Assembly: GCA_046483985.1 (NCBI GenBank)
Contig: JAWOCD010000011.1
Location: 9,202 to 73,201 of the forward strand
Origin: Promethearchaeia archaeon
Lineage (GTDB): Archaea > Asgardarchaeota > Lokiarchaeia > Sigyniarchaeales > SOKP01
Length of the DNA: 64,000 bases
Direction of reading: 5' to 3'
The translations under genes and the position numbers were made by a program. The notes below the pieces were generated by a model, which was not told where the DNA came from, searched no databases, and saw only the letters and a list, made by a program, of their open reading frames with translations. Shown in pieces: positions 38,446 through 48,827 of the stretch (its first letter is position 1; every line of letters starts with the position of its first letter).

Positions 38446-38782
38446 TTTTAATTTCACGATTTTGTCGATTTAGGACTAATGAATATTAAGATCTTAACTT
38501 TTTTACTAGATTTATTATTAGGATCCACTAGTATTTATAAGTTTAGTTATCATTTTTCCTCATTTTATGCGAGATTCATCATCTATTAATATGGATTATG
38601 GGTCCTCTTCATTTTCAAAAGCTTTTTTCATATATTTTCCAAAATTTCATCAGTACAAAAAATCTTTTTTTTTAAAAAGAAAACTTCTGATCCAGTTAAT
38701 ATTTCATAGAGGAAACCTCTGGCGAATAATTATCTATAATCATAATCTTATTTTAGGCAAATCAATATATTTCTAATATATC

Positions 38783-39205
38783 ATGAAAGGAAAACAGAAA
38801 AAAAAGAATGAAAAAGAAAAAGAAACCAAAGAATATTGGAAAGAGAAGTTAACAGAAGATCAATACAGAGTCCTTCGGAAAAAGGGAACTGAACCTCCAT
38901 TTACGGGTAAATATTGGGATAATCATAAAAATGGTATTTATAAATGTGCCGCATGTGGGGAACCCCTATTCGAGTCTAAAACAAAATTTAAATCTGGTTC
39001 GGGATGGCCTAGTTTCTATAAACCAATTAAAGATGAAAATATAGATGAAAAATCCGATACAAGTCTGGGAATGAGACGGACGGAAGTTCTATGCAGTAAC
39101 TGCAAAGGGCATTTAGGACATATATTCAAAGACGGACCAAAACCAACAGGATTACGATATTGCGTTAATTCAATTTCCCTTGATTTTGAAGCCAATGGAG
39201 ATTGA
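38783..39205 (+). CDS. msrB: Peptide-methionine (R)-S-oxide reductase
   Basis: [30 protein letters not shown] and RYCVNS. Confidence 0.97.
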   Translation: MKGKQKKKNEKEKETKEYWKEKLTEDQYRVLRKKGTEPPFTGKYWDNHKNGIYKCAACGEPLFESKTKFKSGSGWPSFYKPIKDENIDEKSDTSLGMRRTEVLCSNCKGHLGHIFKDGPKPTGLRYCVNSISLDFEANGD

Positions 39206-39243
39206 AATCGCTATAATTTAAGAATATTGTTATTTGATATCCA

Positions 39244-39370
39244 TTATTCACATACTTTCCTTAACAAACCTCGACTGATTTCACTAGAAAGTCCAAAACC
39301 TTCATAATATTCATCAACTACCACAATTTCCCCCTGTTTTCTCAACAGACTTTTTTATGGCATCCATCTC
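39244..39370 (-). pseudogene. Frameshifted fragment of a 2-oxoacid dehydrogenase E1-beta / transketolase C-terminal domain
   Basis: Minus strand reads DAIKKSVEKTG, then an extra G in the G5 run (39330-39334), then EIVVVDEYYEGFGLSSEIS. This matches the SVxKTGxxVVVDE..FG...EI motif. Confidence 0.7.
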
Positions 39371-39455
39371 TAATTCAGAATCAATAAATACTAATCAGAA
39401 GGTTTTAATAAAATTAATTTTATCTTATTAATAATATATAAAAATTGAATTTGAG

Positions 39456-39821
39456 GTGACATCAATTAAGGAAATCAAGTTTAATATCAGCATCCCCTTG
39501 AGCGGGTTGCGAAAAGGGAACGAATTTACTGTACACGTAAAGGATGATGCAAGCTTTCTGGAAGCTTTAGCTATTGTTGATAAGCAAGATAAAGCACATC
39601 CAGAAGACTCCATTTTCCCGATCTACGAGGATTACATCTACAGTTACTTGCAACTCTTTTGGGATCCGAGGGATAACGTCTTGTACGAAGATTGCGGTAT
39701 TTCGGCATATGCTCCCAATGAGGAAGGATTATTGAGGGAATTTCAACCTGTTGCAGAGAATCCCGATTATGTCATTGCCGACGGTACTTATGTATATTTG
39801 GAACCAGACGCAGGATGTTGA
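39456..39821 (+). CDS. Putative ubiquitin-like (beta-grasp, MoaD/ThiS/Urm1-related) protein ending in Ala-Gly-Cys
   Basis: Two N-terminal strands (IKFNISI, EFTVHV), helix DDASFLEAL, and C-terminal DYVIADGTYVYLEPDAGC, paralleling L.DGD.V...P...GG. Confidence 0.55.
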   Translation: MTSIKEIKFNISIPLSGLRKGNEFTVHVKDDASFLEALAIVDKQDKAHPEDSIFPIYEDYIYSYLQLFWDPRDNVLYEDCGISAYAPNEEGLLREFQPVAENPDYVIADGTYVYLEPDAGC

Positions 39822-40275
39822 TGAAATAAGGTGAAAACACGCGTGGACAAGGGCACCTTAAAACAATATATAAGAGATAAGTTTGATAAGGAACATGAAT
39901 ACTTTTCTCATTATTTTCAAGGGTCATGAAGGGATGAGATCTTTCAATAAATGGTTGTGAAAGATTGACCGCGGGACAGCCTCCCGTAATTAAATATCTC
40001 ACTAAAGATTAGAAATACAACAAGAATTTTAAGAGCTATATAGTCTCTTGCTATAATAATTTTTAATCATATATATCCAGATATCCCGCTTCTTTTCAGA
40101 ATTGAGGGTAGATATGATTAAAGTTGCTATAAATTAGAAAAACTGGAATTATAAAGTGTAAAAAAACTTATGCAAAAAAATATAGAAATTTGATCTCTCA
40201 CAATTTCGTAATACAAGAACAAAAAACCCAAAATTCACATCGATTTAAATACTTTTGTTGGTTCTTTCTATTTAG

Positions 40276-40554
40276 GTGGTTTTATTGGAATCAGTTGAGG
40301 TTGAAAAGAAAAAAATTTTAGATGCTCGCAGGAATTTTGAAAATGTCAAGCGTGCAATAAAAGGTATATATGAAATCCTTTCAATCAATTTGTCTGAAGA
40401 AAATATGTATTACAAAATGAGTATCGATAATATCATTGGACTTTATCAGAATTTACTAGAACTCTTAACTAATGAACAAGGTATGAAGGATTTACGAGAA
40501 CGAATTAAAAATTCAGAAATTGATATTGACATCCCAATGGATATTTTCATTTAA
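40276..40554 (+). CDS. Small helical protein of unknown function (paralogue of 61644-61910)
   Basis: GTG start; visible similarity to the 61.6-kb ORF. Confidence 0.75.
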   Translation: MVLLESVEVEKKKILDARRNFENVKRAIKGIYEILSINLSEENMYYKMSIDNIIGLYQNLLELLTNEQGMKDLRERIKNSEIDIDIPMDIFI

Positions 40555-41023
40555 TGAATAAAATAATCAAGCAAAATTTGTATTACTTCTTTAGAGGTTG
40601 TCAAAGTTTGTCCAGAGTTATATTTACTAGTTACTACAGTTCTTTAATCTATTTTTAATCTATTTTTAATTCTCCAAAAATAATGTTTCAAATTTCCAAT
40701 CCTCAAAATATAAAGTCCATAATTAAAAAATTTCATTTCTAACGAAAAGAGACTAAGTGTTATATTTTTTGTAAGAAAATAAAATCATCTCTTTTCATTC
40801 GTTCTTTAAAAAGTTAAACTCATCTATTTGCACCATTATTATAGCAAGAAATTTAGGGAACCCTTTAAGCGGCAATAATCTCCCTAAGAAAGAGCCTCTA
40901 CTGAGTCGGTAGGAGTCACAATTTTCGAGGGAGATCGAATGGTTTTTAGATGAAGGATTTACAGTTTGATCATACAAAAAATATAACATTAAGTCCGAAA
41001 AGAAAAAAAAGAGTAAATTTTAT

Positions 41024-41758
41024 TTATTCTTTGGGCAAGAATAAGTCCTTGATTCCGGGGGGCAAAATGAATCCGATATAAAATAACAATGCGCTTGAGA
41101 CCAAAAGTAATCGAGTTATCGGTAATGTAAAGAAGGTTAGCTCAATCGAGGAATCTAAAATTGCTCCTGTACACCACGTTAAGAAAGCAACCAATAAAAA
41201 CCTCCCCTTTATTTTAACTTCCCTCTGATTAGACTTTAAAGAGTTTCGGGCAAACACTATTCCCGTAATTAACAAATTTAAGACAATGAATAGCAAGTAA
41301 ATCATGACAAAGGACTTATACTCGATATCAATTCCTGAAGTAGGATTTGAAAATTCGCCTATGAGCTTTGGATCTTCAAATAGAAGATTAAAGAATATGA
41401 TCTCGAACGCAATTCCAATAATGATGTAGATTCCAATTATAATCGCTTGGTGTTTTTTATAGATGAGATCTGTAAATGCAATCATCCACGCAACTAAACT
41501 TACCGGCGTTAATACATTACCGATAATCACATAGAGGTCCAAGCCTAACGGGGTATTAAATATCAAATTCGAGAGAAAACTTAATGTACTGGGTATCCAC
41601 GGTTCGCTGATACCGATCCAAGTAATACCCACAAAAAGAAAAGATCGTTGTCTATACTTAAAATACTTAGATAATATTTTCAAGCCCACCAGAAAGCTCA
41701 CAATTACAAATGCTAAAGAAGAAAATCCATTTAAATAATCTACTGCCTCTAATACCAT
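41024..41758 (-). CDS. Stand-alone ~7-TM membrane protein
   Basis: About seven hydrophobic segments; KYFKYRQR after TM1, KIKGRFL before TM6, terminal YIGFILP. Confidence 0.75.
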   Translation of the reverse strand: MVLEAVDYLNGFSSLAFVIVSFLVGLKILSKYFKYRQRSFLFVGITWIGISEPWIPSTLSFLSNLIFNTPLGLDLYVIIGNVLTPVSLVAWMIAFTDLIYKKHQAIIIGIYIIIGIAFEIIFFNLLFEDPKLIGEFSNPTSGIDIEYKSFVMIYLLFIVLNLLITGIVFARNSLKSNQREVKIKGRFLLVAFLTWCTGAILDSSIELTFFTLPITRLLLVSSALLFYIGFILPPGIKDLFLPKE

Positions 41759-41989
41759 TTTAATTCTATCTCTATTTTTTTGATTTTTTTAGCCAATGTT
41801 GGCCTTAGATTGTAATAGAAAATAAATTCCCAATTTATTATTATAGTTATTTTTATATATAAGCTTTTTTGATTTCAGTAATTTTTTGAGTTTTCTTTTC
41901 GAAAATGGAAAATTGTAAGCATGTTTAAATCCAAGTTAAAATTAAAAATGGAGACTTTTTTACAGATTAATAATTTTCCATAATCACAT

Positions 41990-42715
41990 ATGGTTAACAG
42001 AATTGAAACACAAATTATAAACCTATATGAGTATGCTAAAAATTTAGTACAGAATAGCGGATATCGCGAATATATTCATACCTTAACAGAATTATTAGAA
42101 AAAAAGCCGTATAAAACCATAGATAGTTCAAAATTCTTAAGAGAATATACCTGGGTTGTTTTCTCGTGCGGATTTAAGGCTGACACAGTGAGAAAATATT
42201 GGTCTGAAATTCAGAAAATGCTTTTTAATTTTAACGTAAAAAAAATCAGGAAGTTAACTTTTGAGGAAATGCTAAATAAGTGCCCCATAAAAAATGAACG
42301 GAAAGTAACCGCGATTTATAAAACATGTAGAGATTTAGATAAACAATTCTTAGCAAAAATTGCCCACTTAGATTCGGAGAAAGAGGCAAAAGAACTATTT
42401 AAATCATTACCATTCATTGGAGATATCACAGTTTTTCATATTATGCGCAATTTAGGAATAGACTGCTATAAACCCGATCGTCATATTAAAAATTTGGCTA
42501 AAACATTAGGAATTGAAGAGAAGAAAATATTCAACATATTATTATCTAAGAAAAAAGTCAAATATGTCGGAATTGCGGATTTTATTCTTTGGAGAGCCTC
42601 AGCATGTCTCAATTCCGCCCAAAAATTAGTTGAATATGCACAAAAAGATTTAGATCTTGAGAAAATCGATAATGTGGTACAAGCTGAGGAGGAAGTTAAT
42701 TCGTTTCTTTTTTAG
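41990..42715 (+). CDS. Helix-hairpin-helix DNA glycosylase-like protein
   Basis: WVVFSCGFK, KNERK, LPFIGDITVFHIMRNLG...KPDRH and ADFILW. Confidence 0.72.
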   Translation: MVNRIETQIINLYEYAKNLVQNSGYREYIHTLTELLEKKPYKTIDSSKFLREYTWVVFSCGFKADTVRKYWSEIQKMLFNFNVKKIRKLTFEEMLNKCPIKNERKVTAIYKTCRDLDKQFLAKIAHLDSEKEAKELFKSLPFIGDITVFHIMRNLGIDCYKPDRHIKNLAKTLGIEEKKIFNILLSKKKVKYVGIADFILWRASACLNSAQKLVEYAQKDLDLEKIDNVVQAEEEVNSFLF

Positions 42716-42961
42716 TTGGAATAAGAGAATCCGTTTCGGCCGATATCCTAAATAAAAAAAAGATATCTATAATTTTGTATACAAGCCAGCAGTTTTCTTA
42801 CCCCTTTTACTAAAATCTTCTTTATTTCATGAGAAAACTATGAAATTAATCCCTTTTTTGTAATCATAACACGAAATGAGTATTAAATTACTTTAGTTTA
42901 TATAGGTAAAATCATATCTAAATATTGAGAATTGTGAAAATATCTGGAGGTATATATTATA

Positions 42962-43291
42962 ATGATGGAAAATAATGACTCTGAACTCGAATGTTATCTT
43001 AAAATCATCAGATATTTCCAAGAGCGGGAAAATAAAGAAAAAACCGAAATTTGGAAAAGTTCTACGTTAATTCATCTTATGGAAAAGCTCAAGGAAATTG
43101 AAGATGAAGGGATCGAAAAGAAAAGAAATGTCATTAAAAATTCCTTAATCTTATTAATGTCCTTATTCGAAAATATTCCTCCAGATGTCTACAACAATAG
43201 GGGAGTACATATTAATCGGCTTTCTGAGGAAGATAAAGAACCCTTAAAGAACACACTTAAAGAAGAAGTGCTAATTGAAGCTAATTCCTAA
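42962..43291 (+). CDS. Hypothetical helical protein
   Basis: 109-aa ORF with a GGAGGT ribosome-binding motif upstream. Confidence 0.7.
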   Translation: MMENNDSELECYLKIIRYFQERENKEKTEIWKSSTLIHLMEKLKEIEDEGIEKKRNVIKNSLILLMSLFENIPPDVYNNRGVHINRLSEEDKEPLKNTLKEEVLIEANS

Positions 43292-43591
43292 GAATTTCTA
43301 AAGTTGCGATTTAACAGTTCCCTCTCTGCTTTTATATTATATTAAATATTCCTTTAAGAAAATAGATCTATAATTAGTTAAGTGGTACTGTTACAATATC
43401 ATAAAATTTAAATGGGATCTTATTAAAATCCTCTAAGTAATCGTAAAATTTAAAAATATATTAAGTGAGCTCGGAGATAATGAAAATATATTCCTAAATT
43501 TTTTATATTCTTCACCATTTATAGATTTAAAAAATTTTTATTTATCTATTTAACTTTAAAACTTGAAAATTACAAATGATTTTGATGAATT

Positions 43592-45859
43592 ATGTTTTAT
43601 CAATTACCTAGTATTCAAGCACTCAGAGATTCGCTCACCCCAATTGGAGATAATTTGATCTTTTTTATCTGTTTATTTGTCTTGATTCCGATCACGATTG
43701 CTTGCTCTTTTATTGCGCTTTTTCTTATTTTTCGAAAAATTAATTCCTTAGAAGAAAAAACTAAACGGATGCGAGAAATATCAGGGTATATCAGGCACGG
43801 AGCACGTATATATTTAAAAAGGCAAGGAAGAATGCTTCTAATTATATCCGCTGTGCTTTTTATTCCGGTCGGTATAACAGGAATAGGATATTTAGGAATT
43901 CCATTATTGAGTTTACTGATAACGGGCTTAGTCTTTATTATAGGAGCCCTAAGTTCTATGCTTGCCGGATATATCGGGATGATGTCGGCAACAAAGGCAA
44001 ATATATTAGTCCTTGAGGCCACTATTGATGACCCGAATGAAGGTTTTAAACTAGCATATTATGGAGGGATGGTAACTGGGATATTAAACATTTCTCTTTT
44101 TGTCGTTGGTATTTGGTTGATATTTTTATTCACCAATGCAAATATCTATCTTATAATTGGTTTTGGGTTCGGAGCAAGTGTATGTGCGCTTTTATCTCAA
44201 GTTGGCGGAGGAATCTACACGAAATCAGCTGATATGGGAGCCGATCTTGTAGGGAAATACGAGTATAATATTAAGGAAGATGACCCGCGTAATCCTGCGG
44301 CAATTGCCGATTTAGTTGGCGATAATGTCGGAGATTGCGCTGGACGTGGTGCGGATTTATTTGAAAGTGCCTCTTCTGATGTTGTAGGAGGGATGGTGCT
44401 GGGACTCACCTTATTTTTGTTCTTGGGAGATCCCATTTTTATCATTACGAACATCACTTTAATCTCGTTAGGGGTGTTTTCCTTATTCTTTACGACATTG
44501 TTTCTAAAAATCGATTTTGAAAATACGGCACGAAGCATTTGGAAGGTCTTTATTTCTGCAACTCTAATGAACGGAGTGATTCTTTTAACACTCAATCTAT
44601 TGCTTTTTGGTTCAGAGGGGATCTATTTATTTTTCGCGTGTTTTACGGGTTTAATGGCTGTCTTTGTCACGATCATTTTGACAGTCTATTATACAAGCAT
44701 TGAATATGAACCAACTAAGAGAGTATCACGAAGTTGTAAAGATAGCCCTTCTTTAAATATTATTGCTGGGCTTTCTGCTGGATTTGGCTCCACCTTTGGT
44801 CCTATTATTGTATTTATAGTTGGAATTGTAGGAGCATACTTTTTTGGAGCTCTTTTTGGAGAAGAGATGTTAGCTACTTTAGGTTCAAACCCCACTAATA
44901 TTTTCGGACAGGAAATCAAACCAGAATTAATTATAATCACCTTCGGAATCTGGGGAATCAATATGGCTTCTGCGTCCAGTGATGTAATTATCAGTACAAT
45001 CTTAAGTTTTGATACATTCGGTCCCATCCTTGATAATGCGGCAGGGATTGCGCAAATGGGGAAAGAAATAGATCATACCCCTGAGGATTTACGAGTAAAC
45101 TTAGATAGACTTGATGCGGTAGGAAATACCACTAAAGCTGTTGCTAAGGGTTTTGCGTTAGTATGTGGTGGTTTTTCCAGTATTGTGATGTTTTTGACCT
45201 TTCTAACCTCTACTTCGACCTTAGCTCCTGATGTGTCAACCTTAATTCCCACGGAGGAACTAGTAAATATTTTTGACTATTTAGTCCTTCATAACCCCTT
45301 AATTATTGGAGGGTTGTTTGTGGGCGTGTCTATACCGGTAATTTTTTCTGCTTTAATTTTAAATGCGGTCCAAAAAGGTGCAAAGGATATGGTCGCTGAA
45401 GTGCGATTCCAGTTTGAAAATGTAGATGGATTGATAGACGGAGATACGGATCCCAATTATGATAAAGGTATTGAGCTTGCTGCGAAGAATGCATTGAAAT
45501 ATATGATAAAACCGGTATTTGTCGTTGTCCTAATAGTTATCATTGTGGGAATTTTGTTTGGACCAATGGTGGTTGGGGGACTTTTGATTGGAAATCTAGT
45601 TGGTTGCTTGATATTCGGAATTTTCATGAGTGTAAGTGGTGCTGCCTACGATAATGCGAAGAAAGGGATCGAAGATGGATTACACGGGGGAAAACAAAGT
45701 GCTGCTCATAAAGCTGCAATTATTGGAGATACGGTCGGCGACCCCTTAAAAGATGCTGCGGGACCTAGTATGAATATTATTATTACAACGATCAACACGC
45801 TTGCGATGACGTTCTTACCCATATTCATAATGACTGGTTTTCTCTGGGGAATTATCTAA
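43592..45859 (+). CDS. hppA: Membrane-integral ion-pumping pyrophosphatase, K+-independent signature
   Basis: GGGIYTKSADMGADLVGK, EDDPRN, DLVGDNVGD, GNTTKA, AYDNAKK and GDTVGDPLKD. Confidence 0.95.
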   Translation: MFYQLPSIQALRDSLTPIGDNLIFFICLFVLIPITIACSFIALFLIFRKINSLEEKTKRMREISGYIRHGARIYLKRQGRMLLIISAVLFIPVGITGIGYLGIPLLSLLITGLVFIIGALSSMLAGYIGMMSATKANILVLEATIDDPNEGFKLAYYGGMVTGILNISLFVVGIWLIFLFTNANIYLIIGFGFGASVCALLSQVGGGIYTKSADMGADLVGKYEYNIKEDDPRNPAAIADLVGDNVGDCAGRGADLFESASSDVVGGMVLGLTLFLFLGDPIFIITNITLISLGVFSLFFTTLFLKIDFENTARSIWKVFISATLMNGVILLTLNLLLFGSEGIYLFFACFTGLMAVFVTIILTVYYTSIEYEPTKRVSRSCKDSPSLNIIAGLSAGFGSTFGPIIVFIVGIVGAYFFGALFGEEMLATLGSNPTNIFGQEIKPELIIITFGIWGINMASASSDVIISTILSFDTFGPILDNAAGIAQMGKEIDHTPEDLRVNLDRLDAVGNTTKAVAKGFALVCGGFSSIVMFLTFLTSTSTLAPDVSTLIPTEELVNIFDYLVLHNPLIIGGLFVGVSIPVIFSALILNAVQKGAKDMVAEVRFQFENVDGLIDGDTDPNYDKGIELAAKNALKYMIKPVFVVVLIVIIVGILFGPMVVGGLLIGNLVGCLIFGIFMSVSGAAYDNAKKGIEDGLHGGKQSAAHKAAIIGDTVGDPLKDAAGPSMNIIITTINTLAMTFLPIFIMTGFLWGII

Positions 45860-46154
45860 AAAACTTTTTTCATTAATCTTTATCTTTTTTATTTAAAATT
45901 TGCTTTTTTTTCTAGGGAAACGTGGGATTTGAATGTTACTTTATTATTCAAATTAAATAGGATCGTGAAATTGTTCATGAAGATAATACGGATCTCATTA
46001 TCGAGGATTTAAGTCGTTTATTTCTAAAAAAATTATTATTCCTTATAATGAGAAAAAAATGATACAAATTAGGACACGGCAAAGAAAGATATAAATTAAA
46101 TGTAAAAAGAAAATTCAAAAATTATTATTCATTTTTATTTATTAGAGTAGTTCT

Positions 46155-46781
46155 ATGTCCGAAAAACGAAAAAAAGGACTTCGTTTTCAGTGCGTTCGCT
46201 GTGGAAATTGTTGTACTGACAAAGATACTTTAGTAAATGTGACATTTCATGATATATTGCGCTTGAAAAAAGGGCTAGATCTTACATTGGACGAGATCTT
46301 GGAAATTCTAGGATTTTATATGTTTGATAATCCCCCATCCCAAGACCAGATCGATAAAATGGTTGTTCCCCCTATAAAAACGGAGAGGGGTTTGGCCTTT
46401 GTGGGATTGAGAAAGAACCCCTCCGGTCAGTGTTTTTTTTATAACAATGAGGAAGAGAAATGCATGATCTATAGGATCAGACCAATGTTTTGCCGTACTT
46501 TCCCTTTTTCTTTTAAAATCCTCTTTAATAAAAAAGATAAACGGAAAGGAAAAATCAAGATGTACCGCACGGAAAAAGCAAAACGATATTGTAAAGGAAT
46601 AGGAGATGAGATGCCGAAAATCGATGAGGAAGCGTGGATACAACTGGGCAAGACCACCATCGAACAAATGAACGAAAATAATATCTTAACGGAAAAATGG
46701 AACGATAATGTGGAAAAAGGGGTAGTGGTACCCACCGCAAGAAATTATCTTCTAACCGTCTTTAACATTGAAAAAAATTAA
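46155..46781 (+). CDS. YkgJ-family cysteine-cluster (CxxCxxCC) protein
   Basis: FQCVRCGNCC, C.FY, CMIY..RPMFCRTFPF and CKGIG. Confidence 0.9.
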   Translation: MSEKRKKGLRFQCVRCGNCCTDKDTLVNVTFHDILRLKKGLDLTLDEILEILGFYMFDNPPSQDQIDKMVVPPIKTERGLAFVGLRKNPSGQCFFYNNEEEKCMIYRIRPMFCRTFPFSFKILFNKKDKRKGKIKMYRTEKAKRYCKGIGDEMPKIDEEAWIQLGKTTIEQMNENNILTEKWNDNVEKGVVVPTARNYLLTVFNIEKN

Positions 46782-46813
46782 TGTACGTACGAATCTGTTT
46801 TCTTGTTATTTAT

Positions 46814-48679
46814 TTAATAGCATGTAATTAATGCCCAGTATAACATACGCAATTCTACCTTATAAGCATATTTATCTGTTTTCCAGTTAAAATCTTCATT
46901 TAAATTTTCTTGGCTAAAATAATTTGCCTTATTGGCTATATATTCACGGAGATTTTGGACGAGTTTAAACTCTTTTTGTGAAAGATCCAATAATTTTAGT
47001 GCAAGAAAGGAGCGTGCGGCGTCAGTAATAGTCGTGTCTATCTTTTTTTCAGAATTTAAGACTGCTTTTTTTAACTCATTCGTATATAAGCCCCTGTAAT
47101 GACTTAAATCCGTAGAGGGATCTAACAATCTAATAAGAGCAATTTTTTCGAAAATATCTAAGGGGGGATCGTATTTCTCAAATTCCCTCACTTTCAAATT
47201 TAAAAGAGGATTTAGTAAATTAGTTTTGGGTGTGATGACAGAGCCATTCTTTTCCAAGATTTTCAAGCCGAGTAACGTATAAAAATTGAGATGTAACTTT
47301 TCCGGAATAAATTTGGATAATTCTCCTTCAAGAAACATCTCTATGTCAAGAAGGTCTATGATAGAAGTGGTATTCAGCAAGTCGTATTCAGAAAGGATAG
47401 ACAGTCCATAAAAAACTGAAACGGGATCGGCTGCACCCTCTTGCTGGGATATAAATAATCCATTTTGTGTGTACTTATCAAGTAGAGAGATTATCTTCTC
47501 CTCGGTAAAGGGCAGATCTACATTCATCATTTTTAAGATCGATACATAATAATAAAGGTTTTCCAGATCTAAAAAGGAGGAATCGTTATCTCGCGAGGTT
47601 ATTAGATTAAGTCGATTAATTGTCAGTTCTCCCAACGAGTCTGATTTTACTTCCGGAAATTCTCCAAAATGATCCAAAAAATATCCAGATTTTTTAATAA
47701 GCATTGCCTTGGTATCCAATGACTCGCTTATCTCTTCTATGCTCTTCGAAATAGGGGGTTCGGATTGCTCTACCAGTTCCGACTCGGTGCTCTCTTCAAC
47801 TTGGGTTGGCTCTTGCTGCGATGGAGCGGGTCCCTCTTCGATTCCGGGTTCTTGTTTCGAAACTGAAACATCTAGAGTTGATTCAACAACTTCTGGGGTT
47901 GGTTCCATCTTTTCTCTCGCTTTAACGGGCTCGACTGCTTCTGGAGCTCTTTCTTTCGTGGATGACTTTATGGATGCTTTTAACGCTTCGATATTTGTTT
48001 CCTTTGCTAATCGAAGTTTTTCTAGGATTTCCCCTTCGTCTGCTTTTGATGTCGAGGGTGCTGCTTCTTGAGAGTCTGCAGTTTCTTTCTCTTTCTCTTC
48101 TTCAATTACAAATTCCTCATTTAGAGTTAAGGTGGACGGATCGAGATAGTCTCCCAGGTTAGTTCGCTCTTGGTTTATCAAATCTTTCAATTTAGAGGAG
48201 GTAATAAATTGATCTTTAACTTGGTCTAATTTCGAAATAAAATTACGGGGTAACAAGTCAAATAAATCGAGATTCTCAATATTCGAGGGGTCACGATCGA
48301 TTAAATACTCTATCAAAAGTTCCAATAAAAGCGGATCTATATGGGATTTCAAATCCTTTACAAAATAAGATTCATAATCGGGATATCCTTCTTTTTTGTC
48401 ATCAAGATCCGTAAAATCCTCAAAATACTCTTCTAACTGATTTATCCGGTCTTTCGAAACACCAATTGTATTAAGGGCAACTCTCAAACTTTTCGTCATT
48501 TTTTTTAATGTATCTCTTACCTTCTTTACGCTTTCATAATTCGTTTTAAATTTTAGATCAATTTGCTTATCAGCGAATAAATCCTTGATGTAATCATAGC
48601 ATCTATCATAATATTCAAGGATATCTTCTTTTAGCATTTTTGAGAACCGGGCAAGAATTTTACCGACTTCTTCTTCCAT
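46814..48679 (-). CDS. Hypothetical protein: helical N-domain, acidic disordered linker, C-terminal alpha/alpha-repeat (prenyltransferase-barrel-like) domain
   Basis: 621-aa ORF with recurring helices ENLYYYVSILKMM, DPVSVFYGLSILSEY, NFYTLLGLKIL, DAARSFLALKLL and MLYWALI. Confidence 0.65.
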   Translation of the reverse strand: MEEEVGKILARFSKMLKEDILEYYDRCYDYIKDLFADKQIDLKFKTNYESVKKVRDTLKKMTKSLRVALNTIGVSKDRINQLEEYFEDFTDLDDKKEGYPDYESYFVKDLKSHIDPLLLELLIEYLIDRDPSNIENLDLFDLLPRNFISKLDQVKDQFITSSKLKDLINQERTNLGDYLDPSTLTLNEEFVIEEEKEKETADSQEAAPSTSKADEGEILEKLRLAKETNIEALKASIKSSTKERAPEAVEPVKAREKMEPTPEVVESTLDVSVSKQEPGIEEGPAPSQQEPTQVEESTESELVEQSEPPISKSIEEISESLDTKAMLIKKSGYFLDHFGEFPEVKSDSLGELTINRLNLITSRDNDSSFLDLENLYYYVSILKMMNVDLPFTEEKIISLLDKYTQNGLFISQQEGAADPVSVFYGLSILSEYDLLNTTSIIDLLDIEMFLEGELSKFIPEKLHLNFYTLLGLKILEKNGSVITPKTNLLNPLLNLKVREFEKYDPPLDIFEKIALIRLLDPSTDLSHYRGLYTNELKKAVLNSEKKIDTTITDAARSFLALKLLDLSQKEFKLVQNLREYIANKANYFSQENLNEDFNWKTDKYAYKVELRMLYWALITCY

Positions 48680-48827
48680 TTTTCAAGATCCCACGATAAA
48701 TTAAATACTAATGATCTTATATTTTTAATTCTATAAATATTTTTAATCAATAGTATGAGAAATGTAACATTATTCCCCTCTCTAAAATTAAATTGGAAAA
48801 AGTCTTTAAACGGAAAAAAAATTCATC

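Noticed and set aside
38783-39205. MsrB as a possible selenoprotein
   Set aside because: The catalytic position is an ordinary Cys codon (RYCVNS).
40795-40989. 64-aa ORF and small hairpins including GACTCCTAC (fluoride-riboswitch-like 3' motif)
   Set aside because: The riboswitch 5' GATGG-GTTC motif is missing, no suitable downstream gene follows, and the ORF has no recognisable features.
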